Assembly (NCBI GenBank): GCA_038087875.1
Contig: CM075977.1
Location: 236,282,001 to 236,346,000, forward strand
Length of the DNA: 64,000 nucleotides
Direction: 5' to 3'
DNA from: Malacoraja senta
Taxonomy: Eukaryota
A model generated the notes under the pieces. It saw nothing but the letters and a program-made list of their open reading frames with translations. It did not search any database and was not told the origin of the DNA. The translations under genes and the position numbers were made by a program. Shown here piece by piece: positions 23,021 through 35,764 of this stretch; within the stretch, counting starts at the first letter, position 1; every line of letters begins with the position of its first letter.

Positions 23021-23802
23021 TTTATCATTTTTATTGGAGAAGTATGAAATATGTGGATTCAGAGATAAAAGTTGCTAATTTAAAGTGAAATGGTAAAATA
23101 TAAATCAGACTGTGTCAAGAATGTCCTCCATCAAAAGCAGCAGATGCAATATAAATAAATCTCATTCAAAGGAGAACTGGATAAAATATGTTTAGAGAAA
23201 TGGAATAGGAATTCAATGTGTACTTCGAAGAATAACATTTAGTGTCATCCAAGTATCATTGGAAACATCAGAGTTTAGTGATACATTGTGAAGAATGCGA
23301 ATAACAACATTTTCTGGGGTTTTTTTGGTGCGTTAGGAAACATTTTTGGAACTTTTTCCTTTGGCAGATTAAATAGATTTATTTTGAATGCATAAAAGGG
23401 TGGAATCTGTGTGATTTTCTAAGGGAATAGGATTGATTGTTTGCTGAAATATTCACTTGTTACTCAAGAAGCAGAAACAGCATGAATGCTGGAAATCTGT
23501 ATTAAAAACAAGAAAAAGTACTCAGCAGTCAATCATTATGTCGATAAATAAATAAAATTAACTCAGGAAAGTATGCAAACAAATTTGTTTTATGTTGCAG
23601 AGAGGGGAAGGTCTAGGGAGAATGTTTGAGATAAAGCGGTGAGAAAAAATTTCCGGGTGACACAATAGTTTTCAGTGCTATATAAGAAAAGGAGAATGCT
23701 AGTTAATCATAAGAGATCGATTTCAAGATGTATAAAGAGGAGCATGAATGAAAGGAATTACTGGAAAAAAGCATGCTGGAAATGTGGCATGCAGTATGTA
23801 GT

Positions 23803-23974
23803 GTGTAAGAAGGAACTGCAGATGCTAGTTTAAACTGAAGATAGACACAAAAAGCTGGAGTAACTCAGCGGGGCAGGCAGCATCTCTGGAGACCAGTCTC
23901 GACCCGAAATGTCACCCATTCCTTCTCTCCAGAGATGCTGCCTGTCCCACTGAGTTAACCAGTTGTTTTGTGTC
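23803..23974. mobile_element. Palindromic Penelope pLTR-derived element
   Basis: Inverted arms AGACACAAAAAGCTGG...GCATCTCTGGAGA / TCTCCAGAGATGC...TTTTGTGTC; 8-bp TSD TATGTAGT (23795-23802 / 23975-23982). Confidence 0.8.
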
Positions 23975-24902
23975 TATGTAGTACGTAGTGCTTGCCAGAG
24001 ATCTGTACAGATGAGGTAGCATCCATGGAGAGAGGAAAAAGATTGAGCTAATATAGCAGGTGAATGTGCTTGCATTGGAACTGGTTGGTCATTGAAAGGC
24101 TTGTTATCTAAAATTTTTGAATGCTATATAGCAGATAGGCCACCTTAGTCTTTTTAGCTTTCCGCAATTGGTGGTGTGTGTAAATGAATAGTTGACTCAA
24201 CATTTAACAAGATGACTAATCAAGTAAGTTTGGAACTCCACTGAGATCATGTTGATGAATTCCTGGATTCCACTGAAATATTCATGTAACAAATGCAAGT
24301 TCTTGGTTGGAACCAAACTATGTTTTTTTTAAAATTATAGAAAGAAGCAGCGTAATTTGCAGATAAATCACATTCAATGTTTTCCCAGATGATTGATATG
24401 CAAATTAGCTTAATTGTAGCGTCATCTTCTAATGATTTTATTTTTTGCAGTGCATCATGAGTTGTTTTTTTTTTTTGTCAGTTTCATTAATGTTGTAGGA
24501 TTAATTTTAAAATGTAACTTTTCTTTGAAGCCCTATTATTTTGTCTTTAATAATTTGCCTTTCTTATTTAGAACCATTATGGTCCTACTTGCCTGACAGT
24601 TTAGTCCATTTGTTCATAGGTTTTTGGATGATACTAATCTATTTGCAGGTCACGTAAATTGGATTTTATAAACAAAGCAGCAAGAAGCAGGTCATTTGTG
24701 CAAATTAATCTTTGGTGGCATTCTTGCTCCACTCGAGCATCCTCTGACTCGGTCTCATCAAAATCTATTATTTTAATTCTCTATTTATTTATTTCAAAGA
24801 CACATCCAGATTTGCTTTAAACAAATCTATGCTCTGTGTGAATTATACATCACCACTACTCTCTGGGCAAAAAACATTCTAAAGCATTCTCACTTTGATT
24901 TT

Positions 24903-25038
24903 TGTGTAAGAAGGAACTGCAGATGCTGGTTTAAACTGAAGATAGGCAAAAAAAAAGCTGGAGTAACTCAGCGGGGCAGGCAGCATCTCTGGCGAGAAGG
25001 AATGGGTGACATTTCGGGTCGAGACCCTTCTTCAGACT
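24903..25038 (-). mobile_element. Penelope pLTR unit with hammerhead motif
   Basis: Minus strand AGTCTGAAGAAGGGTCTCGACCCGAAATGTCACCC (25004-25038); CTTTGATTT repeated on both flanks. Confidence 0.8.
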
Positions 25039-25189
25039 TTGATTTCCACTTTGATTTTATTTGTCTATAATTGCTTAAGTGGAAACTCCCACTGTGTTTA
25101 ACTTGCTAAATCCATTCATAGTTCTATTTGGTCATCCTCATACTTCTTCCTTTCAAGTGTAAAAAATACAGTGTATTCATCCTTTCCTG

Positions 25190-25570
25190 ATGGGCACAGT
25201 CGTACTGAAGGCAAACAGGCACTTTGGACCAACTCATCCGTGCCCACTAGGTTTTATCACTGAGTTTGTGCTATTTAGCTGCATTAGGTCTATAACTTTC
25301 TAAACCTTTTCTATCCATTACCTAAATGTCTTTAAAATGTCACAATTCTATATTTTTCAGCATATCTTGTAGCGTGTTCCATGTCAACACTGCCCTCCTG
25401 TCTGAAGAAATTACCCTTCATGTCTCTTTCAAATCTTTCCTCTCACCTTAAATCTGCCTTCTAGTTCTGTACTCCATAACCTTAGGAAAAAAGACTATGA
25501 CTGGAAAAATACATTTTCTCTGCCTCTCATGATTTTATACACCTCTATAAAGTCACATTTGAACCTCATG
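25190..25570 (-). mobile_element. Decayed CR1 3' end
   Basis: Reverse CR1 3' UTR and CTCATGATTTTATACACCTCTATAA. Confidence 0.65.
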
Positions 25571-26299
25571 TCGAGAACTTGACAGTATATGCATAGAAAT
25601 CCAGGATGTTGCTGTTTGACCCACTAAATATTATTTACATTATGACCCAATGAGATCTGGTCCAACAGGAAATCATTTTCAGGTTGTTCAGCAATGCACG
25701 TATATTTTAAGCTTAATAATGAGAGGGAAGAGCAATAGAGAGTAGATGTGACAGTGCAAGTAGAGAAATAATGTGAAAGGGAAGGAAGCTGATTAGAAAA
25801 TGATGTATTTGATTTATTATCCCATTAATGCACTTTAGATTGTAGGTGAATTTGAATTTGCACTGTAAATACAGTTACCAATGCTGTAGTTTGAAAAATG
25901 CACATAAACCCGCATACTTTAGTATTTAAAAAATGACTTTGTTCCAAATTTTAAGATATTAACATATACTTTCCCTACAAAGTTATTCAAAATTTAACTA
26001 GCACAAATGCCACCTGACATTTGAGCCTTATTTATATAGCATTGCAGGATTCAACCAATAATTCATTGAAATCATATTTAAAAAAACTTCATTTCTGCTG
26101 TTATTCAAAGAAGCAGCAACATGAATAAATATTGCATTTATGTTAGCTCATGCTTGAATGGATTGAATGGTATTAAATTAGATACATAAGATTCTATATC
26201 AAACTAAAATAATTAACTGTTTGATTTTCAAGTTGGAGGATCGAAAAGGGGCCAAATTGCATCCATTAATTAATATTAATTTAACTATTGATTTGTGTT

Positions 26300-26530
26300 G
26301 TGGGCAAAAACAATGTGTTGGAGGAACTCAGCGGATCAGACTGCATCTGTGGAGGGAATGGACAGAAAACATTTTGGGTTGGGACCCTTCTTCAGACTGA
26401 GCAGTTTGAAGAAGGGTCCTGACCTGGAATGCCTTCCGTCTATACCCATCATTGACGTAGCCTGATCTGCTGGGTTCCTTCAGCAATTTGATTTTTGTTC
26501 AAGATTCCACAGTCTGGAATATTTTATATC
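26300..26530. mobile_element. Head-to-head palindromic Penelope pLTR pair
   Basis: Centre ACCCTTCTTCAGACTG-AG-CAGTTTGAAGAAGGGT; arms pair imperfectly for about 95 bp. Confidence 0.75.
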
Positions 26531-26782
26531 TCTTTCTGTTGTGATTATGGTGGATATAATGTACAACAGTAAATACCTGGATGAAATTAAAATTTGTGCT
26601 GTTTGTAAAATTATTTGCCCAATAATATCCATGCTAATAGAGTTGTAACTTCAAATGAATCATGTCTTGATTTAGGCGATTTCAGTACTTGTTAAAATAC
26701 CAAAAAAAAAGAATGCATTGGCTTTTTTAATGTTCTTTTGCACATACTAAGACAAATAACTTTTATATTGTTGAATAAAGAT

Positions 26783-27297
26783 TGTAGTGGCAGATTATTA
26801 TATCGTTCAAGGAATTTCTTCCTCTAGCTTTATGTTGAAGACAAAGGGGTAAGGAGATAGCCTCGTTTACGCATGGGAGCTCTCCAAGAGACATTCAAAG
26901 CCGTCGAAAGATAAATCTTTAAAACACAGTCTCTTGATTAATAGTTTCTTTATTGTCGTAGTAAAAACAGTGAGATATTCATCCAAACTTCTTCTTGTTT
27001 AAGTACATTTTAGTCTTACTCATAGTCAAACTTGTGCATGGTCAAACTCCGGCATGGTCATACTCCAGCATGGTCCAAAGCTTCGACATGGTCCAATGCT
27101 CCGACATGGTCAACAGCTATGCCATCCCCCCCATGTTTCTTTGACTAAACTAAAAACTAACTAATTTCTGCGCAAGAATCCCAGCCGCAAACACGCGCCC
27201 GATTACGTAATAAATCCCACTCACATAATTACAGGCAGACAAAATTTAAAGGCAAATGGCCATAATTTATAACATACTAAGCCAAATGGCCACTACA
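26783..27297 (-). repeat. 3' LTR of BEL/Pao element
   Basis: Direct repeat of 34778-35281; internal CATGGTC 16-18-bp tandem units. Confidence 0.95.
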
Positions 27298-27419
27298 TAC
27301 CGGCCCCAAATTGTTCTGAGTATATAATGAGACAATTACTAATAGACATCAAAAAAGTAGCTATGAAGGCTTAACATATATGAAAACAAAAAATAGCATG
27401 CATTATATATCCGCATTCA

Positions 27420-29830
27420 GACTTCTTCAGCGATTCTTCCATCTTCACCTTCGCCTTCAAGAAGCAAGCATAACTTGGTTATTGGCCTTATTAAAACATT
27501 GTTCTTAGTTTTAACATCAGGCATGATACCTAGTATATAGTCCAAAATACAAAAGCCCAAAGTTTTGATAGCATGAAACGTCTTCCTGCATGTCCGATCA
27601 ATTCAAGGATATGTTGTAACAGTAATGTTGAAGTGTGAAAATCCTTCGAGAGAATAGGATTTTTATCAATAATGTTCACTGTGATCTTTTGTTTAATTTC
27701 CGGATCATTAGCAGAGATTTCAAATCCCAGCTCAAATTTTGGCCATTCTCTGTCTGGCTTACAGAGAAACTCTGGTCCATTGATCCATCTCTTATTGCTT
27801 AAGAAGCGGTTGGCTGTCAGTCCTCTAGAAGCTTCATCTGCAGGATTTTCTTTTGTATTAACATATTTCCATTGTGAAACATTAGTAGCTCACAATACAA
27901 AAGAGATTCTGTTTGCTACAAATGTCAAAAAATGTTTGTTCTCATTGTTGAAGTATTTAAGCACCATAGTACTATTGGTCCAGAAGATAGATTCTTCCAG
28001 TTGAAGCTGTAGTTCTTTTGCAGCAATATGTCAGCTTTAACAGCTAAGACTGTGGCAGTTAGTTCCATTCTGGAAATTGTCATTTGTTTCAATGGTGCAC
28101 TCTGGCCTTTCCCATTAAGAATGCAATATGTACTTCTTTGTATCATTTTCCAGTCGTAGATGTGAAACAGTACCGTAGCCACTTTCACTGGCATCGGAGA
28201 AAATATGCAGTTATGCACCTCTTACCAAAGCTCGTAGGCTGCATGCACCAGTCCACTTGAATTCTGAGATCTTGTTGAGATCTGCTAACCATTCAACAAA
28301 GTCAACTTGGCTGGCAGTGTAAATGATGCAAGAAATCCTAAAGGTCGTAGATGGAACCAATCACGGATAGGATACCCTTCTAGTACATGGTCGCTCTTGA
28401 ATCGAGATTCTGAACTTGAACACATCTGTTTCAATGCAACACCAGTGCAGTCCAATGCTCTTCCATTGGCAAATTGTCTTTGTCCAAATCCAACTTCTGG
28501 TCTCTTTGGCTCTGTCATCTGGTGTAATGCTTTCCAATACAACACGACTGTTGCTGATCCACTTGGAAAATGTGAATCCTCCCTTATTGCAGAGGGAAGT
28601 CAGATGTTTTACCATTTGAATTGCATCTACTCAATAGACATTCTTTAATGCAAAGTCGCACAACTGGTGATGACACTGCTCCAAAGAGAAGTACTTTCAT
28701 CCGGTATTCAACAAGATCTTGTTGTGCATCCCTTCAGGCTACCATAAGAACCGCAAGTAATCAATGTGTTTTTATGATACTTTGACGATGAACATCGCTT
28801 TAATATCAGCCATCAAAGCAATTGGTTCTTGTCTGAATTTAATGAGAACTCCAATGAGTGAGTTGGTAAGGTCTGGACCTTGTAGTAGTTGACAGTTAAG
28901 TGATGTTCTTTGAAGACTGCAGCCCAGTCAAAGATCACCCTCAAGGTTCCTGTTTTCGAGTGGTACACCCCATGGTGCGGAATGTATCAAAGCTCTCCAT
29001 CACTTCGATTCAGTGGTTTGTTAGTACCATTTCGGCATAATCATTGTCAATCACAATAAATTTTGTATTCTTGCCAAACTTGCGTTCAAATTCTGGGTGG
29101 GTTGCTCTGCCATACGACAATTATTCGGCAGACTACACTTTCTTGTTTGAAAGTTAAGTCCAGGCAATAGTGTCCGTTTATCATCTTGGCTGAGTAGTTT
29201 ATAATATCAAGAAAAACTCTTCCTTGGACATTTCTTCAGTTTCCTTACTGACATTTTCATTGAAGTCATGATTTTATTGCTTGATCAATAGCTTTTCTAA
29301 TTTTACCAGTAGATATTTGATTAACAGCAGCGGCAGGGTAGTTCTTCTGGTTCCCGCTTTCGTTGTTCCTTCTCAAAGAGCCATAGATAACCCATCCTAG
29401 TAGGGTTTTCACAGCAAACTGTCCATCACCTTGGCTCCTCACAATCTGTATAGGTTCCAATGCCTTCAAAGCATTCGTTCCGATAAGGTTAATACTAGAA
29501 TTTATTTTAGATATTTTGACATCCTTCAAGTAAGGCCATTGAGACTCAAGTCCTCATGTCTGGGTATATTTTGATGACCAACAGGCATGGTCTCATGTGT
29601 AAACACTTCAGATATTGGTATAAAATTATCTTCATCCAGACTAGATATTTCCATACTTGTAATGTAATGATTAATGCACTCCTTCCCTTCATTCATGGTA
29701 CGCAATAGAATCTTAACCTCTTCTCCTGTAATGTCCAGCGTTCTCATCGAGCTTTCTGTACAAAAGGTAGCTGAACTTCCATGATCCTAAAATGCATATG
29801 TTTGCAACACTGTATTCGTCTTGCTATTCC
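27420..29830 (-). pseudogene. pol: BEL/Pao pol remnant (protease, RT, RNase H, integrase tail)
   Basis: [73 protein letters not shown]. Confidence 0.85.
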
Positions 29831-30241
29831 TTACCTGTACTGGTAAGATAGAAAAGTTACAGGCTTCTACCCCGGCCCCAATATGAGCAGTTATCTGAGG
29901 TGAGGTGACAGCATCACTAGTAGCTGGCTTCTCCTTCTCTTCTATTTGCTCCGGCTCCTTCTCTACTGTGTGAAGTGCTTCAGGATGATTTTGCTTGCAC
30001 TTATCACAAGTTATAGGACTCTCACAATCTTTAACCATGTGTCCTTCTTTCAAACATCCAAAACCGATTCCCTTCTCCTTTAAGAAATCTACCTTTTCTT
30101 TATATTCCTTCTTCTTGAATCTTCGATACCACCTTATGATGTGACCAACTTCATCACATAACAAACAAAATCCTTTTTTGCTTGATACAAGGTACATCTC
30201 CTTTCATTCCACGTGTCGTTTCCTCAGTTATTATAGCGGTA

Positions 30242-31909
30242 GAGTTCAAGAGAGTTTTATTGTCATGTGTCCCTGATAGGACAATGAAATTCTTGCTTTG
30301 CTTTAGCACACCAGAACATAGTAGGCACGAATACAGAACAGATCAGTGTGTCCATATACCATTGTATAAATATATACACACATGAATAAATAAACTGATA
30401 AAGTGCAAATAAACAGATTATTGGCTATTACTGTTCAGAGTTTTGTCCGAGCCAAGTTTAATAGCCTGATGGTTGTGGGAAGAAGCTGTTTCTGAACATG
30501 GTCGTTGCAGTCTTCAGGCTCCTGTACCTTCTACCTGAAGGTAGTAGGGAGATGAGTGTGTGGCCAGGATGGTGTGGGTCCTTGATGATGCTGCCAGCCT
30601 TTTTGAGGCAGCGACTGCGGTAGATCCCCTCGATGGAAGGGAGGTCAGAGCCGATGATGGACTGGGCAGTGTTTACTACTTTTTGTAGTCTTTTCCGCTC
30701 CAGGGCGCTCAAGTTTCCAAACCAAGCCACAATGCAACCAGTCAGCATGCTCTCTACTGTGCACCAGTAGAAGTTAGAGAGAGTCCTCCTTGACATACCA
30801 ACTCTCCGTAATCTTCTCAGGAAGTAGAGGCGATGATGTGCATTCTTTATGATTGCATCAGTGTTCTCGGACCAGGAAAGATCTTCAGAGATATGCATGC
30901 CCAGGAATTTGAAGCTCTTGACCCTTTCTACCATCGACCCGTTGATATAAACGGGACTGTGGGTCCCCATCCTCCCCCTTCCAAAGTCCACAATCAGTTC
31001 CTTGGTTTTGCTGGTGTTGAGGGCCAGGTTATTGTGCTGGCACCATTTGGTCAGTCGGTCGATCTCACTTCTGTACTCTGACTCGTCCCCATCAGAGATA
31101 CATCCCACAACAGTGGTATCATCAGCGAACTTGATGATGGAGTTCGCACTATGACCGGCCACGCAGTCATGAGTATAGAGTGAGTACAGCAGGGGGCTAA
31201 GCACGCAGCCTTGAGGTGCTCCCGTGCTGATTGTTATCGAGGAAGACACATTTCCACCAATACAAACTAACTGTGGTCTGTGAATGAGGAAGTCGAGGAT
31301 CCAATTGCAGAGGCATGCGCAGAGACCCAGTTGTGCGAGTTTGGTAATCAGCTTGGAGGGGATGATTGTATTAAATGCCGAGCTGTAATCAATGAATAAC
31401 AGCCTGACATATGAGTTTTTGTTGTCCAAGTGGTCCAGAGTGGAGTGGAGAGCCAGTGAGATCGCATCCACTGTTGATCTGTTGTGGCGGTAAGCGAACT
31501 GCAGAGGGTCCAGGTTTTTGTCGAGGTAGGGGTTGATTTGCGCCATGATCAACCTCTCAAAGCACTTCATCACCACAGACGTTAGTGCCACTGGTCGATA
31601 GTCATTGAGGCACGTCACCTTGCTCTTCTTGGGCACCGGTATAATTGATGCCCTTTTAAAGCAGGTGGGAACCTCAGACCTCAGAAGTGAGAGGTTGAAA
31701 ATGTCCGTAAAAACTCCAGCCAGTTGATCCGCACAGGTTTTTAGAACACGACCGGGTATACCATCAGGTCCAGGCGCTTTTCGAGGGTTCACCCCTCTGA
31801 AGGATTTTCTGACGTCGGCCTCTGTGACTGTGACTGAAATACCATCACAGCGAATGGGGGCTCGAGAAGGCACATCAGTGTTCCCCCTATCAAAGCGGGC
31901 ATAAAACTG
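30242..31909 (-). mobile_element. Rex1/Babar LINE, 5'-truncated, nested in Pao gag; 471-aa open RT ORF (30458-31873)
   Basis: [41 protein letters not shown]; tail GACAATAAAACTCTCTTGAAC. Confidence 0.95.
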
Positions 31910-32570
31910 ACTCCCTTAGGTCCTGATCTTCCTTTAGTTTTAGTAAAGGTAGAACCTTTGACAATTGCAATTGGTTTATGATCTTGAATACTCCCGTGGT
32001 GTGGATCTAACCTTTCCAAGAAATCCACCAGGTCTGGTAACATGGCTACTCGGTTCTTCTTTTCCATAACTAGGCCTGCTTTATCTCTCCACTTTTCTCT
32101 AAGTCGTCTGGGCAGTTTTAGAATGATGGGTCTAATATTACTAACAAAATTCATCTCCTCCATGTGGTTGAGATTTTTCATCGAGCTACAACAACCTCTA
32201 AGAAATATTGCAAACTCACTTAATGCCTCCACATCTTCTGACTTGATATCTTTCCAAGCATAGGGCTTCTTCATGAATGCGTTAGCAATCCTCTGCCTCG
32301 TTACCATAACGCTCTTTAAGTAACCTCCTTGCCTCTCGATAGCCTTGGCTCTCAGGCTTATTTTGACAACTTTCTACAAGTACCTTAGCACTTCCGCTTG
32401 TGTAATACGCCAGAAATCGTAAGCGCTCTTTTTCATCAGTAATTTTTATATCCACTACTTCGTGAAATGCCATTATGAAAGCTTCATACTGCAAAGGATC
32501 ACCATCATATGTAGGAATTTCTATTGGTGGTGGGGTGTAAGAGAGATTTTGTTGAGCTATGAGCCCATAA

Positions 32571-33430
32571 CCGGAAGTGGCGGCGCTGTGAACAGCTGCG
32601 GTTCGCCTGCAGTCCGTCTGTTTTTACTTTTTGTTGTTGTTTTCTTTTGTCCTTTTTTAAAAATTTTTGTTTTATTGGGTTGTGTATGTGTGTGGGGGGG
32701 GGGGGGGGTGAAACATGGTTTTGTTTCTTCCTTCGGGAGAATGCGACTTTTTCTTGTCGTATCCCCCTACTCTGCCTCCGTCTGCGCTGAGGCCTAATGG
32801 TGGAGCTGACGGCCTCCAACTCCAACTGCGACCGACCGACCTCGAGGCTCCGGAGGCAGAGCCAGGACTTACCCGCGCGAGGCTGGCCAACTTCGGGGTT
32901 GTGGTGGCGTTCCGGCGGTGGCGACCGAGGACGCTGATGGCGACCTGAATCCGGGGTTCGGCCGCGGGCCCGGTGGACGACATCGTCGGGAGCTCGCAGG
33001 TCACAGGTGGGTGACCTGTTTTTCTGGAGGTCCCGCAACTACAGCTGCGTCCGCTGGACTGGAGGGCGGCAGCTTCGGCCACCCCGGGCCGCGGAGTTTG
33101 AACCGGCCCGTCGCGGACGGAGCACGGATTCGGCCGCGGGAATGACTTACCATCACCCGGCGGGGCCACAACATCAGAAGCCTGGATCGCCTCAGCGCAG
33201 AGGGAGAACAAAGAGGGAAGAGACAGAGACTTTAAGACTTTTGCCTCCATCACAGTGAGGAGGTGCCTGGTGAACTCACTGTGGTGGATGTTAATTTGTG
33301 TTTATTGTGTGTTTTGTTATTTATTATTATATGTATGACTGCAGGCAACGAAATTTCGTTCAGACCGAAAGGTCTGAATGACAAATAAAGGTATCTAATC
33401 TAATCTAATCTAATCTAATCTAATCTAATC
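32571..33430 (+). mobile_element. GC-rich SINE-like non-autonomous element with Rex1-type 3' tail, nested in Pao gag
   Basis: Head CCGGAAGTGGCGGCG, T-tract, G-run, CpG-rich body, hairpin 33246-33288, stem TTCAGACC-GAAA-GGTCTGAA, TGACAAATAAA, (TAATC)7. Confidence 0.75.
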
Positions 33431-34777
33431 TGTTGAATTGAGCTTGATTCTTTGCCAATTCAAGGAATCCATCTTGAGATCCTTGGCTTGGCGCAAACGA
33501 ATGATAGACAGGCCTCTGATAATCATACTGGCTTGCTCGAGCCTGTGTATCAGGCCTCGGAAAAGAGTACTGAGTTGTTGGTTTGTCCTGAGTCTCGACA
33601 GATGCCCCATAAGTAATTTGCTTCGGACTTCAGTTGCTGAGATGGAGTTTTGTCCATCTTTTGGCTACGTGCTAATTCTGAGTCATGAGGCCGGATATCC
33701 CCTGGCTGCAGATTTGATTTAGCTGTTGTTTCTTTTTGAGCATTTCCTTTTTTTCCAAATAAGAGTTCATCCCATCAGATGCTTTAGAGCCGCATCTTGA
33801 ACCCTCACTTTCCATTATCGCCTCCTTCGATTTGACAACTGCCAACTTTGTGGCTAGTTCTTGCTGTTCTTTTTGTCGCCTCATCTCTTCTTCTTGTCGC
33901 CTCATCTCTTCTTTCAGTTGTTCTTCTTGTCTCCTTATCTTTCCTATCAGCTGTTCTTCTTGTCGCTCAATCTCATGTTTCTTCTCCAAGGCATCCACTT
34001 CTAATGAGAGTGCGGCCAGATCAGCTTCAACTTCCATTCGAGCAGAGGCCCTGATGCTGAACTGGCTATAGAGCCAGATCTAAAACCTGATCTTTGTGTA
34101 GATACATTCGAGATGCTATCTTGGGTGTAATCTCCTCTTCCATTTCATCACCTTGTTGCGTAGCGCTTTCAACTGCACCAGAAGTAAGTTGTCCAATTTC
34201 GACACCTTGCTGAGTAGCATCTCCTTCTATAACACACGCGGTCCTTAATTCAATTTCAGCTAACCCTCTCTTGGCATCTTCCATAGAATCATCAAATAAC
34301 TTCACCTTTTCTTCGAACAACTGGATATATCTTTCGTGTTATTCTTGAGGCGGCTGTGAGCCCAGTAGTGCTTTATGCTTATCTCCAACCTCTTTACCGA
34401 GGCTGAATAGTTGTTGAATTTAACTTGTCTCTTCTCATATCTTGACTTCTCTCCGCCACCTTGTGGCTCTCTGACTCACCTGCTCCATCTTGCTCCATGG
34501 ATTTAAACAGCAGATTTGCCAATTCTGGATTTTGTGGTGAAGTTTTCCTCCCTTAGATAAGTCGCGTGGCTGTCCATAAATCTCGAAGTCAATCCCTGGG
34601 TGAGATCTATTTTCTTCAGTGTCTATTCCTAGGAACCGGTCTTCAGTTCCTCTTCTGGAACTAATTCTTCTGGCAGTAATCTAGTAATCTCTCTCCAGAG
34701 TTCCAGCCCAATCTTCTGACCCTCTTCTTTGGGCCCAATTCTTCTACCTCCTGTCTATAAGGTTGCTTTCGACTAGA

Positions 34778-35281
34778 TGTAGTGGCAGATTATTATATCG
34801 TTCAAGGAATTTTTTCCTCTAGCCATTAAGATTGAAGACAATGGGTATGGAGATCGCCTTGTTACGCATGGGAGCTCTCCACAAGACATTCAAAGCCGTC
34901 CAAAGATAAATCTTCAAAACACAGTCTCTTGATTAATAGTATCTTTATGGTCGTAGTAATAACATTGAGATATTCATCCAAACTTCTTCTTGTTTAAGTA
35001 CATTTTAATCTTACTCGTAGTCAAACTCGTGCATGGTCAAACTCCGGCATGGTCCAAAGCTTCGACATGGACCAAAGCTCCGACATGGTCGACAGATATG
35101 CCATCCCCCCCATGCTTCTTAGACTAAACTAAAAACGAACTAGCTTCTGCGCAAGAATCCCAGCCGCAAACACGCCCCCAACTACGTAATAAATCCCACC
35201 CACATAATTACAGGCAGACAAAATTTAAAGGCAAATGGCCATAATTTATAACATACTGAGTTAAGCCAAATGGCCACTACA
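34778..35281 (-). repeat. 5' LTR of BEL/Pao element
   Basis: Direct repeat of 26783-27297. Confidence 0.95.
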
Positions 35282-35764
35282 AAAATTTTCAAATGAATAA
35301 ATTCCTTGTATGTAATTTACCAATTAAACTTTTTGTATAATGGTTCATACTTAAATTTGGTCTTTTTTAAAAATAAAATAACTTAATTTTAGTCTTTATC
35401 TAAATTATTGTTCGAAAACTTCCTTACAATTTTAAACCAATCTAAAAATATTGACTTGGAAATTTATTTGCAAATCATTATTTCAGAATAAAAGTTGAAA
35501 ATTGATTTAAACTAAGGTAGAGAGAGATTTGTGCATTTCTGGATGTCCTAGTGCCCATCAGGAAATTTACCTGCAAACTTTTTGGTGGGAATTTGTTTAC
35601 CCTAACACATTTCTTTCACCATAATACACCTCCAAATGATAGTGTTAGTGTAGTACAGATTTATTTTTATTGTGATTTTCTTCTTCACTGGCCTGTTAAG
35701 TGAAAGTTGCTGTTTACTCCAGAATATTCAGGTTTTACTACCTATGTTTTCCCTGAAATTATAA

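Larger units (their letters stand above)
29787..34330 (-). pseudogene. gag: BEL/Pao gag remnant, split by two insertions
   Basis: E/Q/R coiled coil (33672-34037), IPTYDGDPLQY, LLKERYG, KLPRRLREKW, and CCHC-like knuckles in 29787-30197. Confidence 0.85.
26783..35281 (-). mobile_element. BEL/Pao LTR retrotransposon with both LTRs, decayed gag-pol, integrase largely deleted
   Basis: LTRs TGTAGTGGC...GCCACTACA; 5-bp TSD AAGAT / AAAAT; PPT-like GGGGCCGGTA; three Cys-His knuckles; domain order PR-RT-RH-IN; Pao RNase H motif MTISRMELTA; C-terminal RPITKLCLLLE. Confidence 0.95.

Noticed and set aside
27037-27115. CATGGTC repeats as a CRISPR-like array
   Set aside because: Short tandem units inside an LTR, no unique spacers, eukaryotic context.
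32505-33258. Overlapping GC-rich ORFs (also 5790-6898, 8161-8572, 56889-57351) as genes or CpG-island promoters
   Set aside because: Stop-poor because of GC content; they lie within repeats.
33672-34037. E/Q/R-rich ORF as a host coiled-coil gene
   Set aside because: Lies between Pao LTRs at the gag N-terminal position.
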